From Camelus dromedarius (Eukaryota): 64,000 nt of DNA. Positions 40,451 through 54,161 of the stretch are shown piece by piece; within the stretch, counting starts at the first letter, position 1; each line of letters opens with the position of its first letter. Under the pieces are notes generated by a model. It had not been told where the DNA came from, did not search any database, and worked only from the letters and a program-made list of their open reading frames with translations. The position numbers were made by a program, and so were the translations under genes. Location: assembly GCF_036321535.1 (NCBI RefSeq), contig NC_087437.1, positions 79,734,001 through 79,798,000 on the forward strand, in the 5' to 3' direction.

Positions 40451-40989
40451 CAGTAGAGTGTCATGGAATCGTGAGACTTTCTAAAGAAGCTCTACTTGGA
40501 GGGAAAAAATAGCCTCATCCAATCCTAAAACTATAAATTATAGAAATTCAAGGGAAATATGATTGAGCCAAGTGATTCCTGGCATAGATAATTGTGGGTA
40601 GTTGGTAGATGGTCAAAAAGTCTTGTTAGTTGGATTAATTTAATATGGAAACAAGAATATGGCTGTTTTTTCTTTTTTCCTGGAAACACACAAGAAGGAG
40701 AGAGTTTACTATCTAGGGGAACATTTGGAAGTAGAAATGTGATCTAAAAGCAAACGAGTTCAGAATAACCATCATTTTTAGCAGGGGCTGAGGCTTTGCC
40801 TAACTAGAAATGAAGAAGCAGAGTTGTTGGCGTCCTCATCACCACTATCTTCATCAGCAGCATGTAGTTAACTGGCACCCATATTTTTTACATAATGTAT
40901 CTCATTTGATGTGCTCAAAAATTCTAAGGAATAAAAACTCACAATTTATCTCATTTTTTAATTGAACTGAATGAACAAGTTTAGAGACA

Positions 40990-41385
40990 ATACGTGAGCC
41001 TCCTATTGCTACTGTAACATATTAGCACAAACTTCATGGCTTAGAATGACGTGAATTTATTACTTTACACGTCTGAAGGTCAGAAGTCTGAAATCAATTT
41101 TACTGGCCCCAAAACAAAGTGTTGGCAAACCAATGTTCCTTCTGGAGGTTCTAAGGAAGAATTTTCCTAGTCCCTTCCTCCAGTTTCATAGCCAGCATCA
41201 AACTATCCATCTCACTCGCTCTCACTCTCTTTCTCTCTCTCTCTGAACCATGTGATTATATTGTACCCAAACAGACAATTCAACATAATCTCCCCATCTC
41301 AAAATCCTTTACTTAATCAGGTCTGTAAAGCCCCTCCTGCCATGGAAAGTAGCAGTTCTTATATTCACAGTCCTCCAACCACACT
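40990..41385 (-). mobile_element. MLT1 MaLR LTR, antisense
   Basis: cctattgctactgtaacatattagcacaaactt..tggcttag...ctgaaggtcagaagtctgaaat...ataatctccccatctcaaaatcctt. Confidence 0.75.
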
Positions 41386-41524
41386 GTTTTTGGACCGGCC
41401 TGCAACTCTATGAAGTACACATAGCAAACAGAAGGGCAGCTAAGAGCTGGCAGAATACACAACCAGGAGACTGGAAAGCCAGTTTGGTAATCAGAAGAAC
41501 CAGGCTAACTAAAGGAAGGTCTAA

Positions 41525-41682
41525 ACCATGTTTCTTGAAGGGTGGGCACCCACTTCACTGGAGTTATTCAGAGAGTTTCTTTTCAATGCAACTCCTGAGA
41601 TCACCCCTGCATACTAAATTAAAAATCTTACTATAATGAGTTTTCAAGGCGATTCTTATTCAAGTTAAAGTGTGGGAACTCC
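41525..41682. mobile_element. MER5-family MITE
   Basis: ccatgtttcttgaag...aatgcaactcctgag...ggcgattcttattcaagttaaagtgtgggaact. Confidence 0.55.
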
Positions 41683-42663
41683 CGGACACAGAGAAGCAGG
41701 CCACCAATTGGTGGCGGGAGGTAGCCAACAGAAACAGGTATTACAAGGCTCAAAAAAAATTCCATAATTCTGAAAGTTCAAATTTAACATGAGCAGCACT
41801 AGTAAGCAGGTAACATGAAAATCAAGCGACACTGTCAGTGTACTGCCCTGCAGGTGTGATCCCTCTGGAACATTAATATTAACTATGGCCAAATGGAACC
41901 CAGGTGATGCCCAGATCTTTTTAGGCTAAGCAACTTTGTTCACTGTGAAGCTCCCATAATACACACACATTCATGAAATCTTCCCCAATCATGTAAATCT
42001 GGTGAAGAAACATGTTCTATGAGTTTAAAGGCAAAACAAAACAAAACAAAAAAAAAAAAAAATGCTCATTTCTGAATATGAACATCCTGCTAAATAAATG
42101 GATTAAAAACAACCTTGTTGTATCTTGCGCATTTCTCTGAAGAACTCAATATTGACAGACACTATTTAGTTGCTCTCCTTTTAATCCTGGGGATTTAACC
42201 AGCAGAACCCAATATTTACTATTGTTCCGTGGATGTTTTTATCACTAGCAAATATCCCGTACGCATGTAAGTGACAGTCGTGACAACTCTGCTCAATAAT
42301 TGAGATCGACAGGTAACCTTCAAGAATAGGGCCTTGACTTCTTTTCTTATGTTCAATTACAGCCCAAGTTTATTCAAGGGACAGTTGAAAGTCATCAATT
42401 AATTCTCGTGAAGGAGGCATAAATAAAATCTCATTTCTTAGGCATAACATGTCAGTTCAATTGACCTTTGAGTAAGTCATGTCACTAAAGGTGTACCTTT
42501 TATGTACCAACTCATAGCAGATTGGACATTTGCTTTGCCTTAAATTTTCCAAATTCTGACAAGCAAGGTTCCAAAGCAAACAAAAAATTCTCAAAAGTAG
42601 ATGAAGGTTTTATCAACTTTTCCTTCTCTCCCCTTTCTCTCTCTCTCTCTGGCTGCTGAACAG

Positions 42664-42848
42664 ACCTACTTCATCCCAAGTCACAGCAAGGGGTCCGGGA
42701 GGACATGAAGACGCAGCCCCTTCCCAGAGCCTCAAGGCCTCCTGATGTGGATGAGAGCCAAACCGGCGTAGGAGCTGAGCAAAAGGGCAGGCCCAGCAGT
42801 GGTTTGGCAAAATATCCTACAGCCCTTCGAGTGGGCCATGTCACTGCG
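42664..42848 (+). other. Candidate exon (185 nt) of an unidentified transcript
   Basis: Long pyrimidine tract then CAG acceptor; GCG|GTAAGT donor; GC-richer than the flanks; one frame fully open; no recognised homology. Confidence 0.35.
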
Positions 42849-45261
42849 GTAAGTGCCACTCAGAAAAATCCTATTTGCTGTTAGAATAGCCTTTTTCCAT
42901 TAGTGCTGAAAGAGAGGGACAGAGTAAGAGAGAGAGAGCAAGCCAAAGATTTTTTTCTGTTTATTACGTCTCTATGGATTTACTTTCAGATGTATCCAAG
43001 GAATCTATTACAATTCCTTGAGGACAGAAATTCTCACAAGAGCATCAGTGTATTCATGGCCATATTATCATTTGATAATGTGCTAACGTCATGTGCTCAC
43101 TGGGCCCATTTTGTTGATCTCAGCAGATAATACCACAGATCCTTCCATTAAATGAGCAATCTATTACTGTCAGGGCTGCTCACCAGTGGAATGGGATTTG
43201 TGTTCTATATTCGAATGTAACTTTGTCTTTAGTCCATACCAATGCATGCGTCTTATGGAGAATATCAAATAAGAAAAGACCTAAGATCCACAAACCAATT
43301 ATTAAATCCGATACCAAAGTCAAGTGACTTCTTCTGAACAAGAGAGAGTAACCATGCTGTAAGACATTAATCTAGATTCTGAAAAGCATCAACACCGCCC
43401 CATGCCTAGACTTCACAACTTCGTAGCTCTATTAATAGGTAAGAGGAGTGGCGTGATTTAGAGGCTCAGAAAATTATATATATACTCCAGTGAGTTCTGC
43501 TATTCAAGAGTCATCTGGGCATTTGTTCATTCATTCATATAATATTTACTGAGACTTACTAGGTACGTTTTCCCACTTTAGACAATTAGGATACAGAGTG
43601 GGCAAAACAGGCCCATTCCCTACCCTCTGAGAACTCTCTCTAGAAGCAGGTATACCTTACGCCATAGCCAGGTAGTAAGGGAAGAGATAAATTCCCAGTT
43701 GCATGTAAAAAACAAAACTTTACTCTCATAAAACAAAAAATCAAGAGAAAGATCCTTTAAGATAGAGTCATAAATGTACAGAATCTGGGAAGATAATGAG
43801 CAGGACTTACCATGGGCCAGGTTGAGCTACAGGCCTTGCACACTCCCTGCTAGCAGCATTTATCAGCAAAGTTGAGCATATGTGTATTTATCTGGCAGAA
43901 AATGCTTTTCAGTTCTCCCATTAGGTAGATGACGGTTAATAGCAATTCACCAGAAATAAATTTGAGAAATGAAAATAATTTCCTTGCCAAATATTATGAG
44001 TAATCAGCAATGGAGCTAAGCCTTCCTAAGTGATGAGTAAGGGGGGCTAAGGAGAGGTCAGCTCACATACACGCAAGACGTAGCACCAACACCATTTAAG
44101 AGGGCGGGTTAAGTGACAGTTCACGCATTGTAACAAATACTAGATTTGGTATAAGCCAGAACATTAATTCATCTTGTCTTTCTTTTTTTTTTTTCCCTAG
44201 GAAGTTCAGAAGTGCATTTCACAGAGAACGTATCTTATAGTCCATCACTCAATCTCATAAGTAAATGATTAGAATATATGTAAAGCCCCAGTGAAACAAC
44301 ACAATCAGCTTACACCACAACACCACAACAGTTCTCCATCAATGGGAGCCTGAGCCCCTGAAGGGAGCAACAGGGGGATGTGATTAGAGATCTTAGCACC
44401 AATTTGCTCTCTAACTGAGCAAGAGTAGAGTGACTGATACACTTCACACATTTGCATACTCCTTGTCATGTTTATTAAAATGACTTGGTGATTAAAAAAA
44501 TACATCCAGAATCTTTACTAAATTTACAGCAAATGTCAGTCCTTATGCATTTTTTTCAGGCAACAAACAGTAGAAGCATAACTGCTCTCCCAGGAGGGCT
44601 AATACGTTGTCTGGACATTTTATTCATTAAGATAAGGGGTTTCATTCTTGAGAACATAAGGAACGACTCACAAAACCTTTCCCACATCAAAACACATCCA
44701 AGGAGACCTTTACAACATTCACCCAACTGCAGAGAAAAGAGTCCACTAATATAGAGGAAATAAAGAAACACATAAATATTCCAGGAGGCCACAGTTAAGC
44801 TTTTCAAAATTTAAAGACATTCCAGCAGGGTTTGTAATTGATTTCAAATACCTGGTACCACAAATCCAAAAGACTTAGCCCTTGCACCTGGCACCTCTGG
44901 TGTTTCAGATGCAGTCCAACACTGCCTGCTAAGAAGGCAGTTATCCGCACTTGCAAGCTTCTCTCCTCAACAACAGAAAACAATGGAGAGGAAGTTCTAG
45001 CACCTGAAATTCACTGATGGCTTTGCTTTGAGAAAAGTTTTAATAATGAGAGAAAGGGAAAAAATTACACATATCGTAAACCTAGCCACTGGGTGATTTA
45101 AAAAGTAAGAGACCCATGTCTGAAACTTCCCAACATTTACCAATATTTACTCCTTTGTTAGAAACTTGATTTAAAGTAAGAAAATAGAAGATGGCAAGAT
45201 GTGAGTAGAACGGGAGGGCAGCAAGATTCAGCAAAGTCTTGTCAATTTCTTTTTTAAAAAA

Positions 45262-45350
45262 ATGTATAGGTATGTTCATTATGACTGAAGCATTATGCTG
45301 TACACCAGAAACTGACACATTGTAAACTGACTATGCTTCAATAAAACATA
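45262..45350 (+). mobile_element. Very short 5'-truncated L1 3' end (young family)
   Basis: gcattatgctgtacaccagaaactgacacattgtaaactgactatgcttcaataaaa, matching the 3' ends at about 50200-50260 and 19960-20027. Confidence 0.8.
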
Positions 45351-47391
45351 CATTTACAAGAAAATGTGAGAGAATGTTAGATTTTGAGACTGTCAGTCCA
45401 ACTTGTTTTGCTCCTAAGGTTGAATTTTTTTAAAAACAGCTATCATAAGTGATTCTGTCTCCTCCAATCCACATTGTAGCTATTCCCATTCTCTTAGAAG
45501 TTTAAGGAAAAAAATTAAAAACCCCTTCCTTCTTCACAGGTGGCCTGGAGAAAAACCCATGTGGGTTTTCCCACAGGGGAGTAATACACAGTATCTGGCA
45601 GGAGCCAGCAGGAGACCCAGGGATAAGGTTGCCATGTGACACCAGGAATCTTACCTCTTCAGAAAACAGCATAGCAATTATTGCAAATAATTACTTTCAG
45701 AAACAAAGCTTCTCTCAGAAAGTCAGTTATTTTTTTTTTTAATTTTGGAAGTTCCCACTACTACAGTGCACATTGCAAAAAACGCCATGAAGTTGAATGA
45801 AAATACAGCATTGGTTCAAATTTAAAAAAATTTGAAAAGTTCAGACATGAGAAATACTGAAGTAGTTCAATATACTGTTGCTGCTCTAATTAAACGCAGC
45901 TCTCAAATTTTCACAAGCTAGTCATGAAATAGCATAATTTTAAAAATTAGATCAAGATGCAAAATGGGAAGCCCAGACCACAGAAACTGAGGATTAGGTG
46001 GTCCTCACTTTATAAACAACTGTACCAAAAACATCCCCACGGAAGTCTGAAACTGCATGCTCCTTGTCCGTGCAGTTCTCCTTTTATCTTTTTATTCTGA
46101 ACAATTGGACAGTGGTTATCCTGAGACCCTTTCTATCAAGTAATTAAAAAAGGGACTGAGTGAAAAAGTTTCTGAAAAGTTCCTGAGTGTACCCTAAAAT
46201 CTACCTCCAGTGAAGACCCTGTTCTACATCAGTACTGGAAATGGCCACCACTCCTGATGGGGGAAGATTTAGAACTAAGAGAGCAGCTGTCCCAAAGAAA
46301 TAAAGAGGCATACCACTGTTAGACGTATGTAAAACAATTCCAATATATGTCGGTAGCTTGTGTGTTAAAGTAACCTTGCAATATTGGTCAGGGAACATAT
46401 TAATCATTTATTATGTTATTTGTATAGAAAAATGCTTTCCAAGATCTAGAGAAACTTACTTATGAATGATTTTTGAAGTGTGCCCACTCATCACTTGAAA
46501 GAGTCTATTCAGATCATAGCAGAATGGCTTGGAACAAAGGAAACGATCCAGGATGCTTCCCTGCTGGCAAAGGATCGCATCAATGTATCTTGCTAGTTCA
46601 TCTCATTTGAAATGTCCTAATTTTCCTTGAGATAAATTTTTATGTGGCTCTTTCCTGCCTCCTTCCATTCCAAATATGTATCAACTATTTTAATTTTTTT
46701 TAACAAGAGGTAAGCCAGATGAGTGATAGAGCAAGTGCTGTCATTAAGATCACAGACGTGGGTCTGCACAATGCTGTGGCCATGGCGTAGACAGATCTCA
46801 CTGGCAACTGAATAGGGCTTTCCCCATCTCATCTATGAGGTGAACCATATGAAAATTAACTTTTGAAAACAAAACTAGTCAAATTTTGACTATTCAATTC
46901 ATGTCTTGACAAGAGAAGATTTTATTAGATGGACTTTAAGATCCTTCCCAGCCCTGATAGTCTATGGTTGTGTTAGTCCATTCTTGGTGATATCTAAATA
47001 ATTCTGAGGGCCACAGAGATCTGCACTTTCTGGAGAACAAGGTTAAGCAGTAATCAAGCAGCGTTTTCAGGAAACATTCTTTTTAAAGGCTTTATATTTA
47101 TTGATCTTCATCTATACCCAGAATAGGATGATAGACCATAGAAGGGATGGCTTAGCATGTTTGGCTCATGCAGACTGGATGGACCCATGAGCCCCCATAC
47201 AACATCTCCCCTTTAAAGAATAATACAACTGGGCCAGAGTTTCAGTAGATCTAGAAAATAGCAGAAGAAGGAACTAGAAGTAAGGGCATCGTGAAACCTC
47301 TACACATAAAAAAAAATTTAATTATGAACTAAGAGTTGAACACATTGTGATTATAGACAACAGGGTTGTGATATATTTAAAATGATGAAGA

Positions 47392-50283
47392 GGAAGAACC
47401 AAGATGGTAGAGTAGAAGGACGCTCGTAGCTCACCCTCTCCCACAAGTACACCGAAAGTGACATCCACAGACCCACCATCAGCTGGATGGAGGGGGAACC
47501 TCCAAGGTGGATCTGTATAGAATAGCCCTTGGCCAATAGAACTAAGGTAAACAGGCACAAAGGGTTCCTGAGACCCCCAGACCTATTCATGAACCGGCAG
47601 GGGTGGGATGGGTCAAGCCTCCCTGGCCGGGTGGAGGACTTGGCCAGCACAGAGGCGACCCTGGGGGACTGCAGTGTGTGGTGCGCTGTGGCAGGGAGGG
47701 TATACAAAGCAGAACAGCCTGGGTACCACATAATATACAAAAAAAAAAAAAAAAAAAAAGCAACACTGTTGGTGTGCCCTGGGGGGAGGGGTGCCATAGC
47801 CTTTGTCTCTGCAGACCCGAGGCACCGTGCCTGGCATGTTCTCTAGAGAAGAGAGGCGGGGCTCAGCCATGGCTACTATCTTCTCCAGTGCGTGGCTCCC
47901 AGGCGGAGGTGGGGTTGAATCTTTACCTAGCAGCTTCGAAACCTCATAGGCGGGACTGAAATTTGTTTACAGCCCCAGGCAGAGGGGACCGTTCTGCCCC
48001 GGTGCCTCTTTGAACTCAAGCCTCTAAGGCAAACCAACAAGGAGCGGACTTCTGGCACACAGCGAGTGTGTGAGAAGGAGTGAGGCTGGCACAGCCATTT
48101 TCTGTGAGCCCACCTATGGAGCACGAATGATGGATGCGACGGTGTGGGGAGTGGCACTGAATGGGGGAGCAACCCTACCACCTACCTCGCAGGAGCATGG
48201 TGCCAGGATGCAGTGTTGAGAAGGGATATGACCTGCCCGCCTATGGTGAATGAGTGCAGGCATAGAGACGAGGTGTCTGGAGGGGGCTAGAAGCGCCCAC
48301 CTACCACACAGTAGCACAACTCACAGACATGGCATTGGGAGGAGAGATGACCTGCCTGCCTACCAGCACCGGGAGCAGCACAGACCTGGGGCATGACCGG
48401 AGCACGTCTGGAATCGGCAAGTGGAGTTCCCACTGCAAAGCAAGGGCAGGAGCGGCAACAACCACAGAACAAAAAGGAGGCCCTGTTCGATAGCCAGGGC
48501 AGGCTCTGACACCAAAATACTGGCCACACCCTCAGCCAAAGGGATAACAGACAAAAGGCTCTGGAGGAAGACTTGGCAACCACTCATACTTAAGAAGGAC
48601 CTCTGGACAAAATTATGAAGCACTCACAGTCTCCATGGAAACACATCAACCTTTTTTTTTCTTTCCTTTTTTCTTTTCCTTTCTTAATTTTAATTTTTTT
48701 AATGTTTAAAATCTCTTTTGAAATTTTCTTTTAAAAATTCTTAAAAATTTTAAAAAATTTGTCTCAATTTTATTTCTAGCACTGTTTTGTTCTTCTGTTA
48801 TCAATCATACTGCTTTCAATTTTCTTCTTCTTTTAAATTATTTTTAATTTGTCTCAAATTGATTTTAATTTCTATTTGTTTTGTTCTTCTGTTATTGTTA
48901 ATCCATAGTGCTGGAGAGATATAAGTGAAGAAGCAGAGGAACCACTCACAATTAAAAGAACAAGAGAAATCCCCTGAAAGAATAATCAATGAAATACACC
49001 TTGCTAATCTACTAGATCATGATTTCAAAAAAGGAGTGATCAAAGTACTGAAGGAACTAAAAGAGATTGTGAATAGAGACAGAATGTATGTCAAAAAGGA
49101 AATTGAAACTATAAAGAGGACCCAATTAAAATTGGAAAACTCATTTGCTGAGATGAGAGCTGAGCTAAAGGCTGTAAAAAGTAGGCTAGATAATGCATAG
49201 GAACAAATAAGTGACTTAGAATACAGGAAAATAGAAGTCACCCAATCAGAACAGCTGAGAGAAAAACAAATAAAAACCAATGAAAACAATATAAGGGACC
49301 TATGGGATAATATAAAGCATGCCAACCTACACATAATAGAGGTCCCACAAGGAGAAGAAAGAGCAAAGGAGATTAAAAAGGTATTTGAAGAAACCATGAC
49401 TGAAAACTTCCCAAACCTAAAGAAGGAATCAGATATCCAAGTACAGAAAGCACAAAGGGTCCCAAACAAGAAGAACCCAAACTAATGCAACATCAAGACA
49501 TAGTATATTTGAATGATGGCCATTCTGACTGGAGTGAGGTGATACCTCATTGTAGTTTTGATTTGCATTTCTCTGTGGAAAACAGTATGGAGATTCCTCA
49601 AAAGACTAGGAATAGACTTACCATGTGACCCAGGAATCCCGCTCCTGGGCATATATCCAGAAGGAACCCTACTTCAGGATGACACCTGCACCCCAATGTT
49701 CATAGCAGCACTATTTACAATAGCCAAGATATGGAGAAAGCCTAAATGTCCATCAATGGATGACTGGATAAAGAAGTTTTGGTATATTTATACAGTGGAA
49801 TATTACTCAGCCATTAAAAATGATAAAATAATGCCATCTGCAGCAACATGGATGGCCATGGACAATGTCATTCTAAGTGAAGTAAGCCAGAAAGAGAAAG
49901 AAAAATACTATACGATATCACTCATATGTGGAATCCAAAAAGAAGAAAAAAGACAAATGAACTTATATAAAAAACAGAAACAGACTCACAGACATAGAAT
50001 ACAGACTTGTGGTTGCCAGGGGGAAGAGGACAGGGAAGGGATAAACTGGGAGTTTGAGATTTGCAGATACTGACTGCTATATATAAAATAGATGAACAAG
50101 TTCATACTGTATAGCACAGGGAAATATATTCAATATCTTGTAGTAGCTTATGGTGAAAAATAATGTGAAAATGAATACATGTATCTTCATGTATGGCTGG
50201 GACATTGTGCTGTACAGCAGAAATTGACACAACATTGTAAACTGACTGTGCCTCAATATAAATAAATAAATAAACAAACAAAC
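47392..50283 (+). mobile_element. Internally deleted and rearranged L1 (2.9 kb): 5'UTR + partial ORF1 + inverted ORF2 piece + ORF2 end/3'UTR
   Basis: 5' end ggaagaaccaagatggtagagtag; ORF1 48925-~49506; antisense ORF2 49508-49575; sense ORF2 from 49573; tail (aaat)n(aaac)n; TSD aaat(g/a)atgaaga at 47380-47391 and 50284-50295, at a TTT/AAAA site. Confidence 0.92.
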
Positions 50284-50868
50284 AAATAATGAAGAAATCA
50301 TAAGGTAACTATTCTATCACAATCATTTGGAAACATAGTGCATAGCTTCCTGATAAGGGTGAAGCAAGAACATTTTATTTCAACATGGACCATATCTATC
50401 GAGTGTACCAAATCAAAAATGACAATGTCAAGGCTGGCATTTTTCATTATCCTCACATTAATCAGGAATGAAGCAATGGATCATTTTCAGCTGAGTAATT
50501 TTAAGTCATATTAATGGTCAGATTAAGGTAACTAACTAGTAAAACAGTAAAACTGATAACTTGGTACTCAAAATGAACAATAGATAATAAAGATTTAAGC
50601 TGTAACAAAAAGAAAAAGAATACAAGGGAGGATGTTTAGAAGACATAAGTAATGAACTGTGTATTTGGAAAAATACACCAAAAAAGTTACTGAATTGGAT
50701 GAGCTCTCATAGGGTTAAGGGAGAGTCAAGGAGCAAAGAATATGGGGCAAAGTTTGCTAAGGATGAGTTAAAAATTAGCAGTGGTTCAAATAATAGTTCT
50801 AAAAATAAACCAATCTTTTTTTCAATAAATACTTCTCTGTCCACTCCCAAATATCCAGAAGTAAAATA

Positions 50869-51698
50869 TGTAGGTAAATTAGGTTCTTGGACTCAATTCC
50901 AAGGGGGAAGCAGGGGAGGGAGGGTAGGACACAACACCATACAATTCTTGGACATCAGCAAGCTGGTCTATAATTTAACTCAGTTCTGATACTGTCTACA
51001 CCGAGATAGCAAAGATTCCATGGGTTAAGGGCTCAGTCCTACAAGACTGCCCCCCACAGCCCATTTGGACACCAGTCTCAATGTCAGGTTTCCACCTGTA
51101 TTTCTCACCCACTGGCTTTACGTCAGAGCTTCCCACAACCTCCTTCTTGGATCCAATTGATTTGCTGGAGAAGTTCACAGAACCAGAGGAAACTGTACTT
51201 ACTAGATTGCCAAACTATTATGAAAGAATACAACTCAGGAACAGCCAGACAGAAGAGATGAAGGACAAGGCATGGGGAAAGGATTCAGAGCTTCCACATC
51301 CTCTCCAAGCTCAGCTGTATCCCCAGAAGCTCTCTGTCCCTTTGAATTTCTATGGAGACTTCATTACATAGGTATGATTGATTAGATAATTGCCCATTGG
51401 AGATTGATTCAACCTCTATCTCTCTCCTCTTCAAGGAGGTTAAGTGGTAGGACTGAAAGTTCTAGTCCTCTAATCACATGATCAGATACCACAGCAATCA
51501 GCCCCCACCCTCAGAAGCTTTCCAAAAGTCACCTGATTAGCATAACAAAGGACACTTCACCACTTTTAACACTTAAGAAATCCCAAAGGTTTTGGCAGTT
51601 GTAAGCCAGGAACTGTGGATGAAGACCAAATATATATGAAAAAAATATTTTGGTCATCCGAATGACCAAAAATATATTTCTTGTAAATCACATTATCA
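50869..51698 (-). mobile_element. MER21-family solo LTR, antisense
   Basis: taatttaactcagttctgatactgtctac, ggttaagggctcagtcctacaagactgcccc, atttcttgtaaatcacattatcac. Confidence 0.75.
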
Positions 51699-52479
51699 CC
51701 GTAGGAAACAGAAAGCAAATAAATTTTTAAAAAAAATCAAGTTACCCCATATACAAGACAGCAAGTGGGGCCGATGTCAGAAGTTAAGAATTTAGGAGAT
51801 GGTTTCAAGGTGCAAGAGAAGAACAGTTGGTTGTTGTTGGTTGTATCACCAATAAAATAGACTTTTCATCATTTCAGAGGGAGGTTTTGTGCTCCCAATG
51901 GACTAAGCTGGAAACAGCAGAGAAAAATTTTGGAGAAGAGCACTGGAGATGGTGACGAAAGGACCAAAAACAGGCTCTTTCTACACTGAGTCTAGAAAAA
52001 CTCAGCGAAGAAGTGTTGGGTATACTGGTTTTAAATGAAAACAAGGCACAGGCTATTGTAGAAAAGAGAAACACAGACGAAATTTATTTTAACATTAATT
52101 TGTTTCACTTAGTTTAGAAATGAAATAACTGTTCCACTGCCAAGCCAGGAACAAATGGTGTAGGGGAATAAACAATTAAAACGAGGATTCCAGGGCGCTC
52201 AAAGAACAGAAACTTCAGTGGTAAACTAAGATAGAGATCCTCAGTAACTATGATCAGAAACACTATGAACATGGATCCAATGACAAATAGAAAGTACTTT
52301 AGGGATTAAGAAGACATAGTCTGTTACTTTCAACTGAAGGAATTAGCACTGTTGCTGAGTAACAAACCACTCCAAATCTCAATGGCTTCAAAGAGTAATC
52401 ATTTATTAAGGCTCACATGTTTTTGTGTCAAAGAGCCCTGTTAAAGTGTAACTGCTAGGAAAATGAAAAACAAAAAGTC

Positions 52480-52930
52480 GGGAAAACAAGACAAGGGGAA
52501 ATCAATTGTGCTGTGTTCATACAACGGAATCCTTATCTAGTGAAAATGAATAAATTATACCTGCAATATTAACAGGAAAAACAATATTAAAAAGCACAAG
52601 TGAAGAAAAACTAACTTATATTATGATAAGATTTACATGTTTTTAACAACCTAAAAATATTAAGTATCAATTCAGAATACACACATAAGTAACTAAAGTG
52701 TAAACATACATTGTTTTGATAAACAACAAAGATATCAGTTTCTTCTGGAAAGAAGGAGAGGAAAATGGAAGAAGGGATAGTTGACAAGTATGAGTCAAAT
52801 GTAAAATATAATTAAAGTATCAGAAGAACACATGACAAAATATCAAGATTTGACAAACCTGGGTGATGGTAGATATTCATCATTATTTTCACTATTTTTC
52901 TTTATGCTTAAGACATTTCATAATAAATCA
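52480..52930 (+). mobile_element. Ancient L1ME-type 3' end
   Basis: aattgtgctgtgttcatacaacggaat...ctgggtgatggtagat...aagacatttcataataaa. Confidence 0.5.
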
Positions 52931-54161
52931 TGTATTATGAATAGAGAAGTTCTTTATTCAGAGAACAGTATTATTAACAGAATAAGAGTAATTAAATTTT
53001 TTGAAGATGCTCTTAATAAAGCTGGCGTATGACCCACTCAGATCGGCACCGTTCTTGTGTAGGTATAGCTGTTGTTTGCTCAGTGACACTCAAACACGCC
53101 ACAGAATTTTTTAGGGAATCCCAGTATGCATAGAGAGCTTAAAATCAAGTACTGGAGAAAATATGTTCCAGACAACTGCAGATGTCCTCGGTTCAAATAA
53201 TATTTTAATGAAAAATTGTGTGTAGGCTTGAGCCTGGAGCAAGAAAGTATGGTTGACTAGATTTACATCATGACTTTAAAATAGATAAATAAATCTCCCC
53301 ACTCAAATCTGTGCCTGTGCTTTAAACAACAATAACACAGATATTTTACATTAAATATAACCATAAGCTTAACAGGATGTTTCAGATGAGGTAAAATTCT
53401 TTCATTTGCTCAATTTGGTGTGAATATTAAGAAAATGCAATGTCTATCAGGCTTACTGAAGAAACAAGATTATACTTTAAATGCTTAGCTTTGCGAAAAC
53501 AGAGCATTAAAGCACATTCTAATATATTTTTATGTCAAATAAATGTTCAAGTGTAGAACATTCTACTGACTCTCACAAAGGTTTGGATCTCTAAGGATCA
53601 CCTGTGTGCCTTACACGCAAGTGAAGTAACATGTACACGTGGTATAATATGAGCAGGACCACCTGCAAGGAGATGTTCAGAATCACCTCTATGAGCTAGT
53701 TCTGTCCCTGAAAATGCCCTCAAGCAGTAGGCATATTTGGAATTGGTTGTGGTAGAGTGAGGAGGCTCCTGAATGGAAATCTTCTGTCCTACAGAAAACA
53801 AAGCCTAATGGAACTAGAAACAAGAGAAGAACTTGCAAAGAGCACTGGGGGGTGGAGGTAGAAACAAAGATGTTCCCGGCATAACAAGCACAGAGGGGAA
53901 GGAAACCAAGGTATCTAACTCAGCCAAAGAGCACCACAACCTTCGGTAGTTAATTCTGCCCCTAAGGAAGAGGATGATTTCTCTCCAAGATAGAGGGTCC
54001 CATATCTAGCAGAAGGCATTGCTTTAGGTGAGAAATCGTAGGGTTTTAACTGGAGATGGGAACTGTAGGGTGCAGGAAGTCTCACAAAGATTGGAATGCA
54101 GGGTGAGAACAGAGGTGAGCAAAGAGTCATATGGAGGCAAGATCTAAAATAGGACCATGAA

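Noticed and set aside
49558..50073. 171-aa ORF in the rearranged L1
   Set aside because: C-terminal end of L1 ORF2 reading into the 3'UTR, starting from a non-ATG codon in the inverted piece; not a host gene.
51645..51678. Hairpin atattttggtcat-ccga-atgaccaaaaatat
   Set aside because: Lies inside the MER21-like LTR and is probably part of that element; no sign of an independent RNA gene.
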